This document shows positions 8,335 through 17,949 of a stretch of 64,000 nucleotides of DNA, piece after piece (position 1 is the stretch's first letter; every line of letters begins with the position of its first letter). A program made the position numbers and the translations under genes. The stretch is from a virus: the IMG/VR virus record IMGVR_UViG_3300042301_003793; one strand, written 5' to 3'. Under the pieces are notes generated by a model. The model made no database searches and had not been told where the DNA came from. It worked only from the letters and a program-made list of their open reading frames with translations.

Positions 8335-10317
8335 TTATGGTGCTGTTTGTTCCGCTTCGTCACATAAATCAAAATATTCGTCAGGTCTATTAGTGTCCCA
8401 AAGTGTTGCTTTAGGTGAAATATCAAAAAAGTTTTTAACCTTTTCTGGTAAGTTTTCTGTACCATCAATTAATTGAGTAGAACCTAAAACAGAAATAAAG
8501 TCCAAACAATAAATTTCAGTAATTGACTCAGGAAGAGTAGTTAATTCTTCGTTATTTGTCAAATTAAGGAATGATAATCTTTTTAAACTACCAATTTCTT
8601 CTGGGATTTCATTTACAATATTTTCAAACACTAAAGTCCTTACATTTGTAAATTTACTAATACTTGCTGGTATTTTTAAAATTACTTTATCTTTAGATTT
8701 ATTTTCAATTTGTAAAAATCTCGTATCAGCTGGTATTAAATCAAATAGTTCTTCTAAACCAAACATTCTAGCATATTTAGCATTTGCATCACTTGGATAT
8801 GCGATACCAACAAAGTTAGGTTTAAAGTCTGTTGAAAGTTCGTTTCTATATTTTTCTTTTAGACTTCTCAAATATGGTTTCATTTCTTTACTTAAAACAA
8901 CTTCCATATCATTTTCTGAAAGGTCTTTCAAAGATTTTTGTAATAGTTTTTCTTTTTTCTTAGAGACATAATAAGACATTCCAGATGGTGTTAAACCTCT
9001 AACCATACCAGCGCTTAATTCATTACCTAAACCAATGTATTTCTTTTGTAATTCTTCTGGTAGATTAGTAAATATTTCATCACCACTACTCATATTTCTG
9101 AAATCCGGACTTCTAAGTTCCATCCACAACTCAACTTCTTCTTCACTTCCTAATTCAGCAATAGGATCAGTAGTTGTTAAATTATAACTTTTATATCTTT
9201 GTAATTTAGTTTGATCTTCATCTGTATAAGGTTTTGGTTCTAAGTATTGTTTTTTACCGTCTAATACCGGAACTTTTTTCGTAATTTCAGACCAAGGTAT
9301 TACAGTTGATCCGGCGTATCTTCCAGAGTTAGAGCCATCAGCAAGTCTCATATCGCCATATCTATCAACTAGAACTACTGATGCGTAATTCAAATCAGAT
9401 GATGGTAAATTTTTATTAATAATATAATATAAAGTAAGGTTTTGGTTCAATCTATAGTTGTAATAATAATTTGAGGATCCTTCCCAGGACGTACACCATC
9501 TTCTATCTGGAGCGTGTTTTTTTCTAATATTAATACACTTATGTTTTTGGTCTGGCGCAAAAATTAAAATATTATCATCTTCATATGGAATATCAACATC
9601 ACTTAAATCAATTTCTGGAACTGTATATTCACTTTCTTCCATTGGTGTATAACCATCAACAATATGCTCAAATTCTTCAAAATTCATAAACTTACTCAAC
9701 TTTGAATTAATTGGAATAAGCTCAAAGTGTCTAACAAATCTTTTAGCTCTCGGTAAGAAAGTTGTCATCGGATCTTCGTCTGGATTTTCTTCGTGGAATT
9801 TTTGTGTGATTGCAGCTACAAGTTCATTAATCCCTTGATTATTAAATCTTGAGAAATATTTACCAACCAATTCATTAAGTTCAGTAGGATTAAGTAATAA
9901 CACATCTCTTTTAAATTCTTTAGCTTGTGGAAAATGTGTTTTTACTTCAAAAAACTTTTTGATATTAAGTTTTGTTAATTGTAAATCAACTTGTACTGTT
10001 CCTCTCCATTTATTGATATAGTCTTGAACCATACCTTCAAGGTCTTTTTTACTTTTTTGTTTTGTTGACTTATCTGCAATTAAAGTTTTAATTTTATTAT
10101 AGTCGTGCTTGAAAATGTCTTTATCTTCATTATCAAATGCGGCTTTAAATCTTTCAAAATCTGCAATTGTTTTTCTAATCACATCTTCAGTTTCATCTGT
10201 CTGTTTAGAAAACTTATCCACAAGTTTTTTAACCGTTGATTCTGGGTATTCTAAAAGTATTTTTTTTGTTGTTATGCTTTCTTTTACAACTTTAGATAAA
10301 AGGCCAAGTAATTCCAT
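8335..10317 (-). CDS. Putative head-cargo protein with central WC motif domain and C-terminal leucine-rich repeats
   Basis: Leader ends ...KKILLE. Central RRWCTS...YYYNY...LYYII. LRRs IPASISKFTNVRTL, IPEEIGSLKRLSFLNLTNN, LTTLPESITEI. TATTTATA at 10338-10331. Confidence 0.7.
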   Translation of the reverse strand: MELLGLLSKVVKESITTKKILLEYPESTVKKLVDKFSKQTDETEDVIRKTIADFERFKAAFDNEDKDIFKHDYNKIKTLIADKSTKQKSKKDLEGMVQDYINKWRGTVQVDLQLTKLNIKKFFEVKTHFPQAKEFKRDVLLLNPTELNELVGKYFSRFNNQGINELVAAITQKFHEENPDEDPMTTFLPRAKRFVRHFELIPINSKLSKFMNFEEFEHIVDGYTPMEESEYTVPEIDLSDVDIPYEDDNILIFAPDQKHKCINIRKKHAPDRRWCTSWEGSSNYYYNYRLNQNLTLYYIINKNLPSSDLNYASVVLVDRYGDMRLADGSNSGRYAGSTVIPWSEITKKVPVLDGKKQYLEPKPYTDEDQTKLQRYKSYNLTTTDPIAELGSEEEVELWMELRSPDFRNMSSGDEIFTNLPEELQKKYIGLGNELSAGMVRGLTPSGMSYYVSKKKEKLLQKSLKDLSENDMEVVLSKEMKPYLRSLKEKYRNELSTDFKPNFVGIAYPSDANAKYARMFGLEELFDLIPADTRFLQIENKSKDKVILKIPASISKFTNVRTLVFENIVNEIPEEIGSLKRLSFLNLTNNEELTTLPESITEIYCLDFISVLGSTQLIDGTENLPEKVKNFFDISPKATLWDTNRPDEYFDLCDEAEQTAP

Positions 10318-10410
10318 AGATTATTTTATTTATAAATATTATAAAACATTAAAAAATTAAGTATTTATTGTTTATATGTCAAATCACATTAATTATTTTT
10401 AAAATAAAAA

Positions 10411-10572
10411 ATGGAAAATAAAGAAGCAACAAAAGTAGGCTGCCAAGCTTGTAAATCAAATAAAGGTGTTATAAGAACACAAAGATTAGTTTTCACTTTA
10501 GGAACTATCATAACATTATTAGCCGTTTACGGTGGAATAAGATTAGTTAACGATATATCTTCTTTGTTCTAA
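10411..10572 (+). CDS. Small CxxC membrane protein, 53 aa (not in ORF track)
   Basis: [53 protein letters not shown]. One hydrophobic helix; A-rich leader; TATTTAT at 10362-10368. Confidence 0.6.
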   Translation: MENKEATKVGCQACKSNKGVIRTQRLVFTLGTIITLLAVYGGIRLVNDISSLF

Positions 10573-11498
10573 TCCCTATGAAATTTTACAAATTGGTTAA
10601 TTAATAGGTCGCCAATTGTGTCTAATTTAAACCCTTTTGACTTTACCCTTAAAGGTTTTGAAGAGTCAAACTGTTTTGGAAACTTAACAGTTAAAGGTCC
10701 GTCTGGGTGTTGGATTTCAAATGATTCTCTTTTCAAATCATCCAAATCAAAGAAGGCATCGTAAACTAAATTGTTACCATATTTAATAAAGTTATCTTCT
10801 TTATCTAGCTGAATCCTTAAAATCAAGTCACCATAAATTCCATTTCTAAAATCACCCATAGATTGAAGTCTTAAAAATTGTCCGTCATCCAATCCATGTG
10901 GAATTTTTATTTCAACACTTTTAATTTCATCTTTAGTACCTGTACCAGCGCAAACAAAACAAGGGTTAACTAATATTGACCCAGCACCACCGCAACCATT
11001 ACATTGTATTGATACCATCTGGATAAACATCCCATTACCCATTTGTCTTAGTATTTGACCAGCACCATTGCATGTTGGACAAACTCTTTTATCCCCGCCT
11101 GTTCCAGTACAAGTATCACAACTTGCTTTTCGTTTAAATGATATATTTTTCTTATCACCCTTGTATGATTCCAAGGTTCCAAGTTTTATTGTTACGTTAG
11201 TTGTGTGTGCTCTAGGTTGTTGTCTTTGTTGGTTAAACATACTGTTAAACATTTCCTGAAAAGAAGCACCCATTTCACCACCCATACCAGCAAAAGGATT
11301 CTTTCTTTGTACATCATACCTTTGTCTTTTTTCTTCATCACCAACAACATCATAGGCAACTGAGATTTGTTTAAATAATTCTTCATCACCACCTTTATCT
11401 GGGTGATTTTCTTTTGCTAGCGTTCTATAAGCTTTTTTTATTTCATCTTGTGTTGCGGTTTCTTCAACACCTAGTATCGAATAATAGTCAGTATTCAT
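10569..11498 (-). CDS. dnaJ: DnaJ (Hsp40) co-chaperone
   Basis: J-domain with HPD, four CxxCxGxG repeats, and a C-terminal IPHGLDDG domain. Confidence 0.95.
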   Translation of the reverse strand: MNTDYYSILGVEETATQDEIKKAYRTLAKENHPDKGGDEELFKQISVAYDVVGDEEKRQRYDVQRKNPFAGMGGEMGASFQEMFNSMFNQQRQQPRAHTTNVTIKLGTLESYKGDKKNISFKRKASCDTCTGTGGDKRVCPTCNGAGQILRQMGNGMFIQMVSIQCNGCGGAGSILVNPCFVCAGTGTKDEIKSVEIKIPHGLDDGQFLRLQSMGDFRNGIYGDLILRIQLDKEDNFIKYGNNLVYDAFFDLDDLKRESFEIQHPDGPLTVKFPKQFDSSKPLRVKSKGFKLDTIGDLLINQFVKFHRD

Positions 11499-11544
11499 TT
11501 ATTGTTTCTTTTTGATATTTTTATATAAAGATAAAAAATATTTT

Positions 11545-12183
11545 ATGAAATATCTAATAGTTCTATTTAAAAATAAAGAAAGGAAAAAAATAATCAAGAA
11601 ATTTAAAACTCATCAAAGAGCAAAAGAATTTTTTGATAATCAAATTAAAAACAACAAAGTGGTTTTTGAAAAAGGTGTTGAAAACGGAAAGTCTTGTAGT
11701 TTTGAGATTGGTTTACTAGAAAGGGATTCAACTAATTTTGATTCTTACTTTATTAAAGATAGTCTAGGTAGACAAGTAAAGGTTGATATTGATGATCCAG
11801 ATTATAAAGTCCTTCAAATTTCAAACTATTCAGTAGAAGAATTTATATACGACATTTCAAAAAATAAAAAAATATCTATCGATAAATTTATTTCTGAATA
11901 CTTAAAACGGGGTTCAATTAAATTAATTTCAAAATTAAATAATAAAATTGTTGTCCAGGATGATGATAAATTTAGTTTATTTTCATTAAAAAGTGACGAT
12001 GATTGTTTTCGTTTTACACAAGTTTTACAGAAGTATTTAGTAGAAAAAAATAGGATTGATTGTATTATTGTTTTGGACTCTTCGTTACCACAAAAAAAAT
12101 ACCTCTATTCTCTTTTGGAATCTAGAGGTATTTCAAAATCAATTCTGTATAAAAAATCAACTACTTTTTTTACTGGTGAGTAA
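11545..12183 (+). CDS. Hypothetical protein
   Basis: Start moved to MKYLIVLFKNK (ATG at 11545). Confidence 0.7.
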   Translation: MKYLIVLFKNKERKKIIKKFKTHQRAKEFFDNQIKNNKVVFEKGVENGKSCSFEIGLLERDSTNFDSYFIKDSLGRQVKVDIDDPDYKVLQISNYSVEEFIYDISKNKKISIDKFISEYLKRGSIKLISKLNNKIVVQDDDKFSLFSLKSDDDCFRFTQVLQKYLVEKNRIDCIIVLDSSLPQKKYLYSLLESRGISKSILYKKSTTFFTGE

Positions 12184-12489
12184 GTTTTTTAGTTTAGAAA
12201 AAAAAGTTTCTTTAATTTCTTCTTCTTCCGTTTCTTCTTCAACAACTATAGGTTCTTCTTTGTATGAGTTTTCTAATATAAAAACAATTTCAGTTCCAGA
12301 TATATCAATTTTAATTTGGGTATCGTCAATTTTTAAATTTCTAAAATTTGATTTTACATAATTAAAATCGTCTTGATTAAGTTCGTATATTAAAACCGAT
12401 TTACTCCTTGGAAATAGTTTTTGTGCTCCATCTACAATTAGTGCTAAATTTGTTAACGAATCTTCAAAACTGTTTTTATTCTCTGCCAT
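12157..12489 (-). CDS. Hypothetical protein
   Basis: 110-aa ORF in a minus-strand gene run. Confidence 0.65.
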   Translation of the reverse strand: MAENKNSFEDSLTNLALIVDGAQKLFPRSKSVLIYELNQDDFNYVKSNFRNLKIDDTQIKIDISGTEIVFILENSYKEEPIVVEEETEEEEIKETFFSKLKNLLTSKKSS

Positions 12490-12620
12490 AATGAAATTTT
12501 TTCTTTTTTGATTGGTAGTAGTTCTTCTTTTTTTAATTTTTTAATCTGTTGAATGAAATTTAGTTTTTCTCTTTCCAAATTTTCTTGGTCTTTTTTAACT
12601 TCATTCTGTAACCACTCCAT
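12453..12620 (-). CDS. Small hypothetical protein
   Basis: Likely start MEWLQNEV (ATG at 12620); basic amphipathic C-terminus. Confidence 0.55.
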   Translation of the reverse strand: MEWLQNEVKKDQENLEREKLNFIQQIKKLKKEELLPIKKEKISLWQRIKTVLKIR

Positions 12621-13029
12621 CTGGTTTTCCTGTTTGGTCTTCATCTTCCAATTTTAAATTAAATTCTTTTATATCAAACTTCAAGGTTTGTAATTTATCT
12701 AAATTTTGTTTTTCGAAAATCTTTTTTAACTCCTCTACTTTATTTACAAATAAAACTTCTTTTTCTTCCAGTTCTTTGTTGTAATCGATAATCGACTTTA
12801 TGTTGTTTACAGTAGTTGATAATTCTTTTTCGTCAAACTCAGAAACAAAAGAGATAAGTCTCATATTAGGTTGTGGATTTTCTTGTTCAACAACTTTACC
12901 TTCTATTGTAAATTTTTTAGGTATTTTCCAGTTTTGTGAAATTTCCACATCAATAGACAAATAACCTTTTAACTTTCTGATTGATTTAAGGTATGGAAAT
13001 ATTTTTTCTAATTCTTTAAAAAATGTCAT
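12601..13029 (-). CDS. Hypothetical coiled-coil protein
   Basis: 142-aa ORF. Confidence 0.7.
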   Translation of the reverse strand: MTFFKELEKIFPYLKSIRKLKGYLSIDVEISQNWKIPKKFTIEGKVVEQENPQPNMRLISFVSEFDEKELSTTVNNIKSIIDYNKELEEKEVLFVNKVEELKKIFEKQNLDKLQTLKFDIKEFNLKLEDEDQTGKPDGVVTE

Positions 13030-13034
13030 AATTT

Positions 13035-13220
13035 TTATTTTAATAGATAAGTTATTATATAAGAAAGAAAAATACCAAGAGTAATAATTTCAGTCTTAGA
13101 AAATGTTAATACGGTTGGTGGGTCATTAAATAGTGATAAAACAAACATAAGACCCACTCTTAACACACCTAATGTTGAAAACACGAAGAAGAATAAAAAA
13201 ATACTATCTATTCCAAACAT
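13035..13220 (-). CDS. Small two-TM membrane protein
   Basis: Two hydrophobic stretches in 61 aa. Confidence 0.65.
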   Translation of the reverse strand: MFGIDSIFLFFFVFSTLGVLRVGLMFVLSLFNDPPTVLTFSKTEIITLGIFLSYIITYLLK

Positions 13221-13222
13221 AA

Positions 13223-13399
13223 TTAATTTTTTCTAGTTTCTAGAACTTCTTTTCTCAAAACTTGCATTAAGTCTTTTAACTCTTGTGCTGTCTTTCTAAC
13301 TCTTGTACCTGCAGTTTTATTTCCTTTTTCAAATTTGTCATAATCAAAACTTAATGATTCTACAAGATTTTTAACTTTTTGAATTGTTGTCTCTTCCAT
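13223..13399 (-). CDS. Histone H1-like protein Hc1 (Bacteroidota type), 58 aa (not in ORF track)
   Basis: MEETTIQKVKNLVESLSFDYDKFEKGNKTAGTRVRKTAQELKDLMQVLRKEVLETRKN*. Carries the GNKxAGTRxRK signature. Confidence 0.85.
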   Translation of the reverse strand: MEETTIQKVKNLVESLSFDYDKFEKGNKTAGTRVRKTAQELKDLMQVLRKEVLETRKN

Positions 13400-13454
13400 T
13401 TTTTTTATTATAAAAGTTTATTATTAATATAATTTAATATTTTTTTATGGTATG

Positions 13455-13928
13455 TCAATAGATAATGACCATATTACTATCTATAGACCGATATATAGTC
13501 AGTATAACATCTAAATCTGATTTTGTGAATGGTTTTTTCCTATCAAACATATCAACAAAAAATTCGGGTATTGACTTTTTTACTTTTTCTTCTGGATGGT
13601 CATAAAATATCTCTTTGAAGAAATCTCTAAAGTACTCATAGTGTTCACCACTTTTATTAATTAAAATGTTTTCTTTCTCAAAAGTTTCGATTGTTTGTTT
13701 CCAACACCAATTAAAATGGTTAAGGTTATCTTCATCAGACATTTCTATTTTACTTTCTTTTTCTTCATTACTACCACCTAAGTAAGTATCGTAAAGTATT
13801 GTAACAAGTGTAAATGTGAAATCGTAAAATAAATCCATCTTTTCAAAAACAATATTATTTGTTTTAAACCAGATATCAACTTCACTATATTCTAATGGTT
13901 GTGTTAGGTAATTAAAAAAATTCTCCAT
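13455..13928 (-). CDS. Hypothetical protein
   Basis: 157-aa ORF whose start codon lies inside a 13-bp hairpin. Confidence 0.75.
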   Translation of the reverse strand: MENFFNYLTQPLEYSEVDIWFKTNNIVFEKMDLFYDFTFTLVTILYDTYLGGSNEEKESKIEMSDEDNLNHFNWCWKQTIETFEKENILINKSGEHYEYFRDFFKEIFYDHPEEKVKKSIPEFFVDMFDRKKPFTKSDLDVILTIYRSIDSNMVIIY

Positions 13929-13950
13929 AAGATTGGTTCTTATGGAGAAT
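13914..13950 (-). terminator. Terminator-like hairpin overlapping a start codon
   Basis: Minus strand: ATTCTCCATAAGA-ACCAA-TCTTATGGAGAAT then a T-run. TTTACA-N17-TATTAT lies at 13977-13949. Confidence 0.6.
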
Positions 13951-13977
13951 AATAAGTTTAATTATGTATTTTGTAAA

Positions 13978-15573
13978 TTATTGAGTCTTTTGGTTATAAC
14001 CCATTAAAGATTTAATTCTATCAAATTCTTCTTTTACTGTTTTACCTGTTTTAGATTTTTTAGATTTTTTTCCTTCTGGTAACTCATCGTAAACTGGAGA
14101 TGGTACTCTTCCATATGATTCATCTTTCCATTTTGCTAATTGGTCATTTTCAAAGTATTTTGCAAATTTATCATTAACACCTGTGTTTTCTGCATTTGCC
14201 CAATCTTGGTTATTACCATTAGTTGAACTTCCTTTAATTTGGTTTTCAATAGTTTCTTTGCTAGGTTTTACTTCATCATAATCAGGTATATTTAAACCTG
14301 ATACTTCCATATTATAATCTATACCTTCCTCATCAATTTCATATGCTTTTTTATCCATTTTAGCTAATTGACCGTTTCCTTTTGGGAAATGTTTTGGGTT
14401 TGTTTCATATTTACCTTTAGATCCAGATTTTAAATAACTAATCATTTTTTGTGCGGTCTTATCCAAATGGTCTTTATTTTCTTTTCCAGATTCTTTATGA
14501 ATTTTTTCGTACTTACCAAGTCCTTTAGGTGTGGCACCTTTTTTAATATTATCTTTTTCTTCTTTAACAATGTTTTCAATAATATCAATAATTTCATTTT
14601 CAGTGAACAATGCGCTTTCATCACCGTCAACTAATCGATATAACGTTTCTTCTAGGTTAGAATTATCAGTATATTCTTTATTACCTAACTTAAATTTACC
14701 ACCTTTTGGTGTATGTGCTAACTTACCTGTAAATGTGTTTCCTTCTGGTAATTCTATGTTTTCACCTCTAACAATCATAAGGGCCTCATCATAAGGTATT
14801 CCTATCATATACATTAAGTGTTCGGCTTTTTCTTGGTCTGAAGATTCGTTTTCCATTTCTTCATCAATATCAACTTTACCTTTACCTGGCCAACCTTTTT
14901 TAGATCTTTTAGCAAAATATAATTCAGACATTTTTTCTTTTAATTTCTTTGGAACTCTCTCGCCTTTTTCTTGGTATTTTCCACTCAAGTCTTTAAGGGC
15001 TTTAATCCTTGAGTCGAGATCTGAAATTGATTTATCAGAATATTCACCTGTTTTTTTAACTTTAACATCACCTTTCCACTTTTCACGCAATTCATTTTCA
15101 GACATACCAGCGGTAAAATCACTTTCACCAGTTCCAAACTCTAAAATTTCATCTTTCATTTTTCCACACTCCATACACATACCTTCTCTCATATCGCCAC
15201 CACATTCGCAAACATTACCTTCCATAAAGTCACCTTTCATATTACTACCGCATTCCATACAATCTTTTTCTTGCATGTCACCTCTCAACATTTTAAAATC
15301 TTGTCGGTCTAATCTTCCGTTTTTATTCTTATCAAGTTTACGTTGTCCTCCGTGAAGTTTTTCAAACATTTCAGCACCGCCTTTCATAGTGCCACATTCA
15401 ACACATTCTCCTTCGTAAAATTCTTTACTACCACACTCACAAACATTACCTTCAGCAACATAATCAAATGAATTTGACTTTATTTTTCCCATAACTTCAT
15501 TTGCCTTACCTTCTAAGGTTTCAAGAATTATTTTATTTGCTAGTCTTTTCAAATATTCTTTAGAGTTTCTCAT
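13978..15573 (-). CDS. Putative internal head protein with ECxECG repeats and an EF-hand-like loop
   Basis: Leader ends ...NKIILE. Repeats VCECG, CVECG, CMECG; LDKNKNGRLDRQDF; internal FTENEIIDIIENIVKE; C-terminal KEEFDRIKSLMGY. TATTTATA at 15594-15587. Confidence 0.6.
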   Translation of the reverse strand: MRNSKEYLKRLANKIILETLEGKANEVMGKIKSNSFDYVAEGNVCECGSKEFYEGECVECGTMKGGAEMFEKLHGGQRKLDKNKNGRLDRQDFKMLRGDMQEKDCMECGSNMKGDFMEGNVCECGGDMREGMCMECGKMKDEILEFGTGESDFTAGMSENELREKWKGDVKVKKTGEYSDKSISDLDSRIKALKDLSGKYQEKGERVPKKLKEKMSELYFAKRSKKGWPGKGKVDIDEEMENESSDQEKAEHLMYMIGIPYDEALMIVRGENIELPEGNTFTGKLAHTPKGGKFKLGNKEYTDNSNLEETLYRLVDGDESALFTENEIIDIIENIVKEEKDNIKKGATPKGLGKYEKIHKESGKENKDHLDKTAQKMISYLKSGSKGKYETNPKHFPKGNGQLAKMDKKAYEIDEEGIDYNMEVSGLNIPDYDEVKPSKETIENQIKGSSTNGNNQDWANAENTGVNDKFAKYFENDQLAKWKDESYGRVPSPVYDELPEGKKSKKSKTGKTVKEEFDRIKSLMGYNQKTQ

Positions 15574-15595
15574 TTTGTTTTTTTATTATAAATAT

Positions 15596-16291
15596 TTAGT
15601 ACTTTGGATTTGAGTTAAATTCCTTGGATATAATTTCTTTAATCTGGTTTTCAGTCAATCCGTATTTTTTCGACATATTTTCAATAACCCTTTCAACATT
15701 CGATTCATTCCAGATATTAAGTGCTTTAATGTCTCCTTGATTACAATAAGGAAATCTTTTACATTTTTTTTTAACCTGGACAAATTTGCCTCCTGGTAAT
15801 TGTGTTTTACGCCAAGATCTACCTTTTCCTTTTGGTGTACTACCTTGCATTTTAACGTCTTGAAAGCTATTCGCATCGTATTGTCCGGCAGAACTAGAAG
15901 ATGTTGCTTCTTTAGTTTCCACTTTTGAGAATAGCGGTGTGTTGTCTAATGCAGCATATCCACCACCAGTTCCCATAGCTTCTTTGTTTTCACTTTTTTT
16001 ACCTTTACTGTGTAATATTGAATTTAGGAATGTTTTTAATTCTTCTGGTTCTTTTAGATAATCTTTGATTTTTTCTTTAATTTTATTTGCAGAAAGTTTT
16101 TTATTTTTTGCTAATAAATAAATTTTTTTCATATCATCTGGATGATTTAAATAATCTTTTGGTGAATTTCTTTCAGTTTCTTCTTCAGTAAATTCTTTTT
16201 TCATACTAGAAACATCAGATCCTCTTAACCCAAGGTCATTAGCTTGTCTTCCAAGTTCAGACATAAACATATCTCTAAGTGAATCACTCAT
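15596..16291 (-). CDS. Hypothetical protein (possible head-associated)
   Basis: 231 aa with EATSSSSAGQY, CKRFPYC and C-terminal LTENQIKEII. Confidence 0.65.
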   Translation of the reverse strand: MSDSLRDMFMSELGRQANDLGLRGSDVSSMKKEFTEEETERNSPKDYLNHPDDMKKIYLLAKNKKLSANKIKEKIKDYLKEPEELKTFLNSILHSKGKKSENKEAMGTGGGYAALDNTPLFSKVETKEATSSSSAGQYDANSFQDVKMQGSTPKGKGRSWRKTQLPGGKFVQVKKKCKRFPYCNQGDIKALNIWNESNVERVIENMSKKYGLTENQIKEIISKEFNSNPKY

Positions 16292-16536
16292 AACCCTTTG
16301 AATTTAGATTCCCAGAAACTTCTTTGTTGATACATAATTGTATAGAACTCTCTGAAAGATTTTATTATTAAGTCTTTAACTTCACCATTTAATTTACCAT
16401 TTTTTTTCATTTCTTTGGTAATCCTTTCAACCAACTTGTCTTCAAACTGTTTTGCAGTATTTGACCCTAGAAAGTCTTTTATTTCTTTCTTAATTAAAGA
16501 TTCTACTTCTCTTTTATCTGCTTGACTTAATGCCAT
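16288..16536 (-). CDS. Hypothetical protein
   Basis: 82-aa ORF, translationally coupled to both neighbours. Confidence 0.65.
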   Translation of the reverse strand: MALSQADKREVESLIKKEIKDFLGSNTAKQFEDKLVERITKEMKKNGKLNGEVKDLIIKSFREFYTIMYQQRSFWESKFKGL

Positions 16537-16952
16537 TATTTAAATACTAAAATATATGTTAATGCTCCGACAATAGAACCAGACACGATTTCAATTATCG
16601 TATTCTTATTTTTAATTGTTTTTATATCTTTTCTTAAATCTTTATTATCTTCTTCAAGTAGTTTAACTTTTTCCTCACTGTCTTTAATTATAACTTGACT
16701 TGTACTATCTTTTTGTTCTAAAAATTTAATCACACCTTCTTCTTTCACAACTTTATTTTCAAGTTCTATAATTTCTTTACCGTCCAGTTCTGATTGTTTT
16801 TTTAATCTGTCAAGTTCATTTAAATCTAACATTATCTGCTTTCCAACACTAATAGGAAAACAAATTTTTGTTGTATCTTCTTTTTGTGGTTTTGTCTGTC
16901 CGAACGCTAAAAACGAACAAAATAAAAATGTTATTAATATTGTTTTTTTCAT
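16536..16952 (-). CDS. Signal-peptide coiled-coil protein with C-terminal TM (spanin-like candidate)
   Basis: MKKTILITFLFCSFLAFG|Q signal peptide, coiled coil, C-terminal IVSGSIVGALTYILVF. Confidence 0.5.
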   Translation of the reverse strand: MKKTILITFLFCSFLAFGQTKPQKEDTTKICFPISVGKQIMLDLNELDRLKKQSELDGKEIIELENKVVKEEGVIKFLEQKDSTSQVIIKDSEEKVKLLEEDNKDLRKDIKTIKNKNTIIEIVSGSIVGALTYILVFK

Positions 16953-16954
16953 AA

Positions 16955-17308
16955 TTAATATTTATATCTTTGTTTAAATGAACTATCAATCTCTTTTTTA
17001 GACATACCTTCTATTTTTTCTTTCTTTTCTTCGTAGAAATTATTTATAGTAGTCTTTTCAGATTTTATTTTTGATATGTTCTCATCTATTTTTTTAATTT
17101 CGTTTTTATACGACGAAATAGAATCGTTTAATTGTAATTGTAATTGTTTCATTTTATTAATGTTCTGATCCAATTGTTCTAACTTATATTTTAATAGTTC
17201 TGATTTATCTGGTGCTGGTGTGAATATTCTAACCAACAAAAAAATAACAGTAGTAATTAATACTACCATTAAAATTTCTCTAAAATATTTTTTAATAAAT
17301 CCGTTCAT
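16955..17308 (-). CDS. N-terminal TM plus coiled-coil protein (i-spanin-like candidate)
   Basis: ILMVVLITTVIFLLVRIF followed by a long heptad region; lies near the amidase. Confidence 0.5.
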   Translation of the reverse strand: MNGFIKKYFREILMVVLITTVIFLLVRIFTPAPDKSELLKYKLEQLDQNINKMKQLQLQLNDSISSYKNEIKKIDENISKIKSEKTTINNFYEEKKEKIEGMSKKEIDSSFKQRYKY

Positions 17309-17949
17309 TATTCTTTTGTTTTCTTTCTTACCGCAATTACTTTAGACCATTTGGTTTTGAACTTTTCGTAATATTGTTTTAATTTATTCATCATTTTCAA
17401 AAATTCTTCATCAACTTGCATCATTGTTCCGTTGATGTAAACTCCATTGTTTTCACCAATTGAAAAGAAAAATTCCAAATCATATTCTGTAATCTTTCCA
17501 GACCATTCCACATTATTTGGATATAAATTAAGTTTATTAAAATCAACAATTTCTGCAACTTCATTTACAAACTCGTCCATACTTTCCTGGAACGCGGTTT
17601 TATCATCTGTTGTAAGTTGTAAATCTTTTTCACTTGCCCCGTGGATATACAGAATACCACCAGAAATTCTATAACCTTTTTTCTTATCTGTTTTTTTTTC
17701 TTCTTTATCATCACCAGGTTCACCTTCATCAGCGGTTTCATATTCAATATCTCTTTTAATACTATCCATTGGGTTATCTCTTTTGGTAATATTATTTGGT
17801 TCATCTATTTTTCCAGCTTCGGTTTCTGGTTGTTCCAAAATGAGACCATATCTTTTTTTAATTTCAAAAGATTCTTTAACCATTTTTTCACCACCAAGCA
17901 TTGTTCTTGAGGCTTTAAGTAAATTTCTAATTTCTTCGTAATTATTCAT
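17308..17949 (-). CDS. Hypothetical protein (possible head-associated)
   Basis: 213 aa; leader ends ...KRYGLILE. Confidence 0.65.
   Translation of the reverse strand: MNNYEEIRNLLKASRTMLGGEKMVKESFEIKKRYGLILEQPETEAGKIDEPNNITKRDNPMDSIKRDIEYETADEGEPGDDKEEKKTDKKKGYRISGGILYIHGASEKDLQLTTDDKTAFQESMDEFVNEVAEIVDFNKLNLYPNNVEWSGKITEYDLEFFFSIGENNGVYINGTMMQVDEEFLKMMNKLKQYYEKFKTKWSKVIAVRKKTKE

Noticed and set aside
13426-13458. TTGACA...TATATT promoter for the Hc1 gene
   Set aside because: The spacer is 21 nt, too long for a canonical sigma70 promoter.
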